Shown here piece after piece: positions 57,321-64,000 of a stretch of 64,000 bases of DNA. How positions within the stretch are numbered: the first letter of the stretch is position 1; each line of letters starts with the position of its first letter. The notes under the pieces were generated by a model that did no database searches, was not told the DNA's origin, and saw only the letters and a list, made by a program, of their open reading frames with translations. Source of the DNA: Eledone cirrhosa (taxonomy: Eukaryota); assembly GCA_964016885.1 (NCBI GenBank), contig OZ024741.1, forward strand, positions 6,200,001 to 6,264,000, given 5' to 3'. The translations under genes and the position numbers were made by a program.

Positions 57321-60300
57321 TCTGTACCTGACAGGTATAAAGGTATGCTGTACCTGACAGATGTAAAGGTATTCTGTACCTGACAGATGTAAAGGTATTC
57401 TGTACCCGACAGGTATAAAGGTATTCTGTACCTGACAGATGTAAAGGTATTCTGTACCTGACAGGTATAAAGGTATGCTGTACCTGACAGATGTAAAGGT
57501 ATTCTGTACCTGACAGATGTAAAGGTATTCTGTACCTGACAGATATAAAGGTATTCTGTACCTGACAGGTATAAAGGTATTCTGTACCTGACAGGTATAA
57601 AGGTATTCTGTTCCTGACAGATGTAAAGGTATTCTGTACCTGACAGGTATAAACGTATTCTGTACCTGACAGGTATAAAGGTATTCTGTACCTGACAGAT
57701 AAAAGGGTATTCTGTACCTGACAGGTATAAAGGTATTCTGTACCTGACAGGTATAAAGGTATTCTGTACCTGACAGGTATAAAGGTATTCTGTACCTGAC
57801 AGATATAAAGGTATTCTGTACCTGACAGGTATAAAGGTATTCTGTACCCGACAGGTATAAAGGTATTCTGTCCCTGACAGATAAAAAGGTATTCTGTACC
57901 TGACAGATGTAAAGGTATTCTTTACCTGACAGGTATAAAGGTATTTTGTACCTGACAGATGTAAAGGTATTCTGTTCCTGACAGATGTAAAGTTATTCTG
58001 TACCTGAGAGATGTAAAGGTATTCTGTTCCTGACAGATATAAAGGTATTCTGTTCCTGACAGATGTAAAGGTATTCTGTACCTGACAGATGTAAAGGTAT
58101 TCTGTACCTGACAGGTATAAAGGTATTCTGTACCTGACAGGTATAAAGGTATTCTGTAGGTGACAGATGTAAAGGTATTCTGTACCTGACAGGTATAAAG
58201 GTATTCTGTTCCTTACAGGTATAAAGGTATTCTGTACCTGACAGATGTAAAGGTATTCTGTACCTGACAGGTATGAAGGTATTCTGTACCTGACAGGTAT
58301 AAAGGTATTCTGTACCTGACAGATATAAAAGTATTCTGTACCTGACAGGTATAAAGTTATTCTGTACATGACAGGTATAAATGTATTCTGTTCCTGACAG
58401 ATGTAAAGGTATTCTGTACCTGACAGATGTAAAGGTATTCTGTTCCTGACAGGTATAAAGGTATTCTGTACCTGACAGGTATAAAGGTATTCTGTACCTG
58501 ACAGGTATAAAGGTATTCTGTTCCTGACAGATGTAAAGGTATTCTCTACCTGACAGATGTAAAGGTATTCTGTACCTGACAGGTATAAAGGTATTCTGTC
58601 CCTGACAGGTATAAAGGTATTCTGTACCTGACAGGTATAAAGGTATTCTGTTCCTGACAGATGTAAAGGTATTCTCTACCTGACAGATGTAAAGGTATTC
58701 TGTACCTGACAGGTATAAAGTTATTCTGTACATGACAGGTATAAAGGTATTCTGTACCTGACAGATGTAAAGGTATTCTGTACCTGACAGGTATGAAGGT
58801 ATTCTCTACCTGACAGGTATAAAGGTATTCTGTACCTGACAGATATAAAAGTATTCTGTACCTGACAGGTATAAAGTTATTCTGTACATGACAGGTATAA
58901 ATGTATTCTGTTCCTGACAGATGTAAAGGTATTCTGTACCTGACAGATGTAAAGGTATTCTGTTCCTGACAGGTATAAAGGTATTCTGTACCTGACAGGT
59001 ATAAAGGTATTCTGTACCTGACAGGTATAAAGGTATTCTGTTCCTGACAGATGTAAAGGTATTCTCTACCTGACAGATGTAAAGGTATTCTGTACCTGAC
59101 AGGTATAAAGGTATTCTGTACCTGACAGGTATAAAGGTATTCTGTACCTGACAGGTATAAAGGTATTCTGTAGGTGACAGATGTAAAGGTATTCTGTACC
59201 TGACAGGTATAAGGGTATTCTGTTCCTTACAGGTATAAAGGTATTCTGTACCTGACAGATGTAAAGGTATTCTGTACCTGACAGGTATGAAGGTATTCTG
59301 TACTTGACAGGTATAAAGGTATTCTGTACCTGACAGATATAAAAGTATTCTGTACCTGACAGGTATAAAGTTATTCTGTACATGACAGGTATAAATGTAT
59401 TCTGTTCCTGACAGATGTAAAGGTATTCTGTACCTGACAGATGTAAAGGTATTCTGTTCCTGACAGGTATAAAGGTATTCTGTACCTGACAGGTATAAAG
59501 GTATTCTGTACCTGACAGGTATAAAGGTATTCTGTTCCTGACAGATGTAAAGGTATTCTCTACCTGACAGATGTAAAGGTATTCTGTACCTGACAGGTAT
59601 AAAGGTATTCTGTACCTGACAGGTATAAAGGTATTCTGTACCTGACAGGTATAAAGGTATTCTGTTCCTGACAGATGTAAAGGTATTCTCTACCTGACAG
59701 ATGTAAAGGTATTCTGTACCTGACAGGTATAAAGTTATTCTGTACATGACAGGTATAAAGGTATTCTGTACCTGACAGATGTAAAGGTATTCTGTACCTG
59801 ACAGGTATGAAGGTATTCTGTACCTGACAGGTATAAAGGTATTCTGTACCTGACAGATATAAAAGTATTCTGTACCTGACAGGTATAAAGTTATTCTGTA
59901 CATGACAGGTATAAATGTATTCTGTTCCTGACAGATGTAAAGGTATTCTGTACCTGACAGATGTAAAGGTATTCTGTTCCTGACAGGTATAAAGGTATTC
60001 TGTACCTGACAGGTATAAAGGTATTCTGTACCTGACAGGTATAAAGGTATTCTGTTCCTGACAGATGTAAAGGTATTCTCTACCTGACAGATGTAAAGGT
60101 ATTCTGTACCTGACAGGTATAAAGGTATTCTGTACCTGACAGGTATAAAGGTATTCTGTACCTGACAGGTATAAAGGTATTCTGTTCAAGACAGGTATAA
60201 AGGTATTATGTTCCTGACAAGTATAAAGGTATTTTGTTTCTGACAGGTATAAAGATATTCTGTTCCTGACAGGTATAAAGGTATTCTGTACCTGACAGGT

Positions 60301-61823
60301 ATAAAGGCATTCTGTACCTGACAGGTATGAAGGTGTTCTGTTCCTGACAGTTGTATGGTATTCTGTTTCTGACAGATGTAAAGGTATTCTGTACCTGACA
60401 GGTATAAGGGTATTCTGTACCTGACAGATGTAAAGGCATTCTGTACCTGACAGATGTAAAGGTTTTCTGTACCTGACAGGTATAAAGGTATTCTGTACCT
60501 GACAGGTATAAAGGTATTCTGTAGGTGACAGATGTAAAGGTATTCTGTACTTGACAGGTATAAAGGTATTCTGTTCCTTACAGGTATAAAGGTATTCTGT
60601 ACCTGACAGATGTAAAGGTATTCTGTACCTGACAGGTATAAAGGTATTCTGTACCTGACAGGTATAAAGGTATTCTGTACCTGACAGATATAAAAGTATT
60701 CTGTACCTGACAGGTATAAAGGTATTCTGTACATGACAGGTATAAAGGTATTCTGTTCCTGACAGATGTAAAGGTATTCTGTACCTGACAGATGTAAAGG
60801 TATTCTGTTCCTGACAGGTATAAAGGTATTCTGTACCTGACAGGTATAAAGGTATTCTGTTCCTGACAGATGTAAAGGTATTCTGTTCCTGACAGATGTA
60901 AAGATATTCTGTACCTGACAGGTATAAAGGTATTCTGTACCTGACAGGTATAAAGGTATTCTGTTCCTGACAGATGTAAAGGTATTCTCTACCTGACAGA
61001 TGTAAAGGTATTCTGTACCTGACAGGTATAAAGGTATTCTGTACCTGACAGGTATAAAGTTATTCTGTTCCTGAAAGGTATAAAAATATTCTGTACCTGG
61101 CAGATGTAAAGGTATTCTGTACCTGACAGGTATAAATGTATTCTGTACCTGACAGATGTAAAGGTATTCTGTACCTGACAGGTATAAAGGTATGCTGTAC
61201 CTGACAGATGTAAAGGTATTCTGTACCTGACAGATGTAAAGGTATTCTGTACCTGACAGATATAAAGGTATTCTGTACCTGACAGGTATAAAGGTATTCT
61301 GTACCTGACAGGTATAAAGGTATTCTGTTCCTGACAGATGTAAAGGTATTCTGTACCTGACAGGTATAAACGTATTCTGTACCTGACAGGTATAAACGTA
61401 TTCTGTACCTGACAGATAAAAAGGTATTCTGTACCTGACAGGTATAAAGGTATTCTGTACCTGACAGGTATAAAGGTATTCTGTACCTGACAGGTATAAA
61501 GGTATTCTGTACCTGAGAGATATAAAGGTATTCTGTACCTGACAGGTATAAGGGTATTCTGTACCTGACAGATGTAAAGGTATTCTGTACCTGACAGATG
61601 TAAAGGTATTCTGTACCTGACAGGTATAAAGGTATTCTGTACCCGACAGGTATAAAGGTATTCTGTCCCCGACAGATAAAAAGGTATTCTGTACCTGACA
61701 GATGTAAAGGTATTCTTTACCTGACAGGTATAAAGGTATTTTGTACCTGACAGATGTAAAGGTATTCTGTTCCTGACAGATGTAAAGTTATTCTGTACCT
61801 GAGAGATGTAAAGGTATTCTGTT

Positions 61824-62219
61824 GAGTGCTTTTCCTACTATTACATCATGGTTAACCATACAGAATGACCAGTTCTATCCAGTGGGGAATCACCAAACTT
61901 CGATGTGTAAATATATGTATATAATATATACTCTCTCTCTCTTGATCGTAAAGTCCCACAAGAGTGTCCAGTCTAATTTTTTCAGACCTTCTCTGGTTTG
62001 TACTGATATCATTTCTTAGTAGTTGCAAGCCCATATTTCTTGCATAAAGACTAATGGAGGTGTTAGCACACTTTATCATGACACCTTTTATATTTCCTTT
62101 GTATGAGAATGCCACAGGCACTCACGATGTGTGTCACACTTGCCCCCTTCTTCCCATACAACCTATTAATATATATATTTTTTAAAAACATTATTGACAA
62201 GAAAATCCCATTTCTTTAG
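61824..62219. other. Unique AT-rich, apparently non-coding sequence at the left of the island that interrupts the satellite
   Basis: The 26-nt period is lost abruptly at 61824 (gagtgcttttcc...). Only short ORFs of 65 and 89 aa are present, with non-ATG starts and no recognisable motif. The segment contains TA and CT microsatellite-like runs. Confidence 0.85.
61911..61942. repeat. Short compound microsatellite: degenerate (AT)n followed by (CT)6
   Basis: The sequence reads atatatgtatataatatata then ctctctctctct. Confidence 0.7.
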
Positions 62220-62461
62220 CCCTACGTATACCCCACTACCCAGAGCTTAACAAATGCTGCCAGTTACCCCTACATATACCCCACTACCCAGAGCTTAACA
62301 AATGCTGCCAGTTACCCCTACATATACCCCACTACCCAGAGCTTAACAAATGCTGCCAGTTACCCCTACATATACCCCACTACCCAGAGCTTAACAAATG
62401 CTGCCAGTTACCCCTACATATACCCCACTACCCAGAGCTTAACAAATGCTGCCAGTTACCC
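62220..62461. repeat. 48-bp minisatellite A, about 5.0 copies (CCCTACATATACCCCACTACCCAGAGCTTAACAAATGCTGCCAGTTAC)
   Basis: ccccactacc starts at 62231, 62279, 62327, 62375 and 62423 (period 48). Copies are identical except tacgtata in the first. There are no spacers. Confidence 0.97.
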
Positions 62462-62545
62462 TGAAAGAAACCAACAATTAATAGACACTTGAAACATACA
62501 TTTGATAGTCTTTATAAGAAAGAATAACGATAGGATAAGAATGAT

Positions 62546-62802
62546 TGGCGCTGGTTATGTTGATGTTCACAATGGTGATGATGTTTACAATGATGGCGCT
62601 GGTTATGTTGATGTTCACAATGGTGATGATGTTTACAATGATGGCGCTGGTTATGTTGATGTTCACAATGGTGATGATGTTTACAATGATGGCGCTGGTT
62701 ATGTTGATGTTCACAATGGTGATGATGTTTACAATGATGGCGCTGGTTATGTTGATGTTCACAATGGTGATGATGTTTACAATGAACGCGCTGGTTATGT
62801 TG
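62546..62802. repeat. 48-bp minisatellite B, about 5.3 copies (TGGCGCTGGTTATGTTGATGTTCACAATGGTGATGATGTTTACAATGA)
   Basis: ggcgctgg starts at 62547, 62595, 62643, 62691 and 62739. A partial variant copy (cgcgctggttatgttg) at 62787 runs directly into the 26-bp satellite. Confidence 0.97.
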
Positions 62803-64000
62803 GTATTATGTACCTGACAGGTATAAAGGTATTCTGTACCTGACAGGTATAAAGGTATTCTGTACCTGACAGGTATAAAGGTATTATGTACCTGACAGGT
62901 ATAAAGGTATTCTGTACTTGACAGGTATAAAGGTATTATGTACCTGACAGGTATAAAGGTATTCTGTACTTGACAGGTATAAAGGTATTCTGTACCTGAC
63001 AGGTATAAAGGTATGCTGTACCTGACAGGTATAAAGGTATTCTGTTCCTGAAAGGTATAAAAATATTCTGTACCTGGCAGATGTAAAGGTATTCTGTACC
63101 TGACAGGTATAAAGGTATTCTGTACCTGACAGATGTAAGGGTATTCTGTACCTGACAGGTATAAAGGTATGCTGTACCTGACAGATGTTAAGGTATTCTG
63201 TACCTGACAGATGTAAAGTTATTCTGTACCGGACAGATATAAAGGTATTCTGTACCTGACAGGTATAAACGTATTCTGTACCTGACAGGTATAAAGGTAT
63301 TCTGTACCTGACAGGTATAAAGATATTCTGTACCAGACAGGTATAAAGGTATTCTGTACCGGACAGATATAAAGGTATTCTGTACCTGACAGGTATAAAG
63401 GTATTCTGTTCCTGACAGGTATAAAGGTATTCTGTACCTGACAGATGTAAAGGTATTCTGTACCTGACAGGTATAAAGGTATGTTGTACCTGACAGGTAT
63501 AAAGGTATTCTGTTCCTGAAAGGTATAAAAATATTCTGTACCTGGCAGATGTAAAGGTATTCTGTACCTGACAGGTATAAAGGTATTCTGTTACTGACAG
63601 GTATAAAGGTATTCTGTATCTGACAGATGTAAAGGTATTCTGTACCTGACAGGTATAAAGGTATTCTGTACCTGACAGGTATAAAGGTATTCTGTTCCTG
63701 ACAGGTATAAAGGTATTCTGTACCTGACAGGTATAAAGGCATTCTGTACCTGACAGTTATAAAGGTATTCTGTTCCTCACAGATGTAAAGGTATTCTGTA
63801 CCTGACAGGTATAAGGGTATTCTGTACCTGACAGATGTAAAGATATTCTGTACCTGACAGATGTAAAGGTATTCTGTACCTGACAGATGTAAAGGTATTC
63901 TGTACCTGACAGGTATAAAGGTATTCTGTACCTGACAGGTATAAAGGTATTCTGTACCTGACAGGTATAAAGGTTTTCTGTACCTGACAAGTATAAAGAT
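62802..64000. repeat. 26-bp satellite array resumes (same family and orientation, about 46 monomers), open at the right window edge
   Basis: ggtattatgtacctgacaggtataaa starts at 62802, and the 26-nt period continues to the window end. Confidence 0.98.

Larger units (their letters stand above)
1..61823. repeat. 26-bp satellite DNA array, about 2,380 head-to-tail monomers (consensus AAGGTATTCTGTACCTGACAGGTATA), open at the left window edge
   Basis: Positions 1-26 read aaggtattctgtacctgacaggtata, and the unit recurs every 26 nt up to ...aaggtattctgtt at 61823. Common variants are GTACC/GTTCC and caGGTATA/caGATGTA/caGATATA, with occasional 25-, 27- and 31-bp monomers. Copy number is length divided by 26. 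I saw no strand inversion. Confidence 0.99.

Noticed and set aside
1-61823. CRISPR array (26-bp partly palindromic repeat)
   Set aside because: Repeats are directly adjacent with no unique spacers, no leader and no cas genes.
61822-62121. Short ORFs 61822..62019 (+) and 61852..62121 (-)
   Set aside because: They are short, overlap on opposite strands, have non-ATG starts, cross a microsatellite and show no recognisable motif.
62110-62144. Small inverted repeats TGCC-ACA-GGCA and GTGTG-T-CACAC as a terminator or Helitron 3' hairpin
   Set aside because: Stems of 4-5 bp are expected by chance. No U-tract or properly placed CTRR end follows.
62220-62461. Telomere-like or G-quadruplex repeat (C3-C4 runs, one TTACCC per unit)
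   Set aside because: There is no tandem short telomeric motif. The C-runs come three per unit with a long gap before the next, which is a weak fit to a canonical four-tract quadruplex.
62220-62802. 48-bp arrays as CRISPR arrays or plasmid iterons
   Set aside because: They are pure tandem copies with no spacers, and there is no rep or cas gene or other prokaryotic context.
61813-62811. 10-bp target-site duplication around the island (GGTATTCTGT at left, GGTATTATGT at right)
   Set aside because: Any break in a 26-bp tandem array gives an apparent duplication or deletion. The two copies also mismatch, the flanks come from different higher-order phases, and the island lacks terminal repeats.
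62478-62817. Hydrophobic repeat ORFs 62478..62762 (-) and 62545..62817 (+) as membrane proteins
   Set aside because: They are alternative-frame readings of the triplet-structured 48-bp repeat, and the Met/Val/Ile richness follows from its base composition.
972-63990. Over a hundred minus-strand ORFs (up to 853 aa) as protein-coding genes
   Set aside because: They overlap in all three frames with the same repeat peptide. They start and stop at sporadic satellite variants and contain no non-repeat domain. They follow directly from a stop-free 26-bp monomer.
1-64000. Splice-signal-like words (AG|GTAT, CTGAC...AG) and TATA-like TATAAA in the monomers as functional sites
   Set aside because: These are short chance-level matches multiplied by tandem repetition, with no gene context to support function.
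1-64000. Assignment to a named satellite family, a taxon, or a centromere
   Set aside because: I do not recognise the monomer with confidence. A database search and CENH3 or FISH data would be required.

Overview
About 98% of this window is one head-to-tail satellite array of a 26-bp monomer, consensus AAGGTATTCTGTACCTGACAGGTATA (10/26 G+C, no CpG). It runs 1-61823 and resumes at about 62802 to the window end in the same orientation. Recurrent variant monomers fall into higher-order repeats at several scales (78 bp, about 0.5-1.35 kb, about 2.3-2.9 kb, about 5.1 kb), and diagnostic variants are zoned along the array. The only non-satellite DNA is a roughly 980-bp island (61824-62801). It holds about 400 bp of AT-rich unique sequence and two unrelated minisatellites, each with a 48-bp period and about 5 copies. 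The many minus-strand ORFs arise because the monomer has no stop codon on that strand, and none is a supportable gene. I see no RNA gene, CRISPR array or recognisable transposon. The organisation suggests eukaryotic satellite or heterochromatic DNA (inference; the taxon cannot be determined). I cannot support a new gene system here. The points of interest are the monomer architecture, the array hierarchy and the island.
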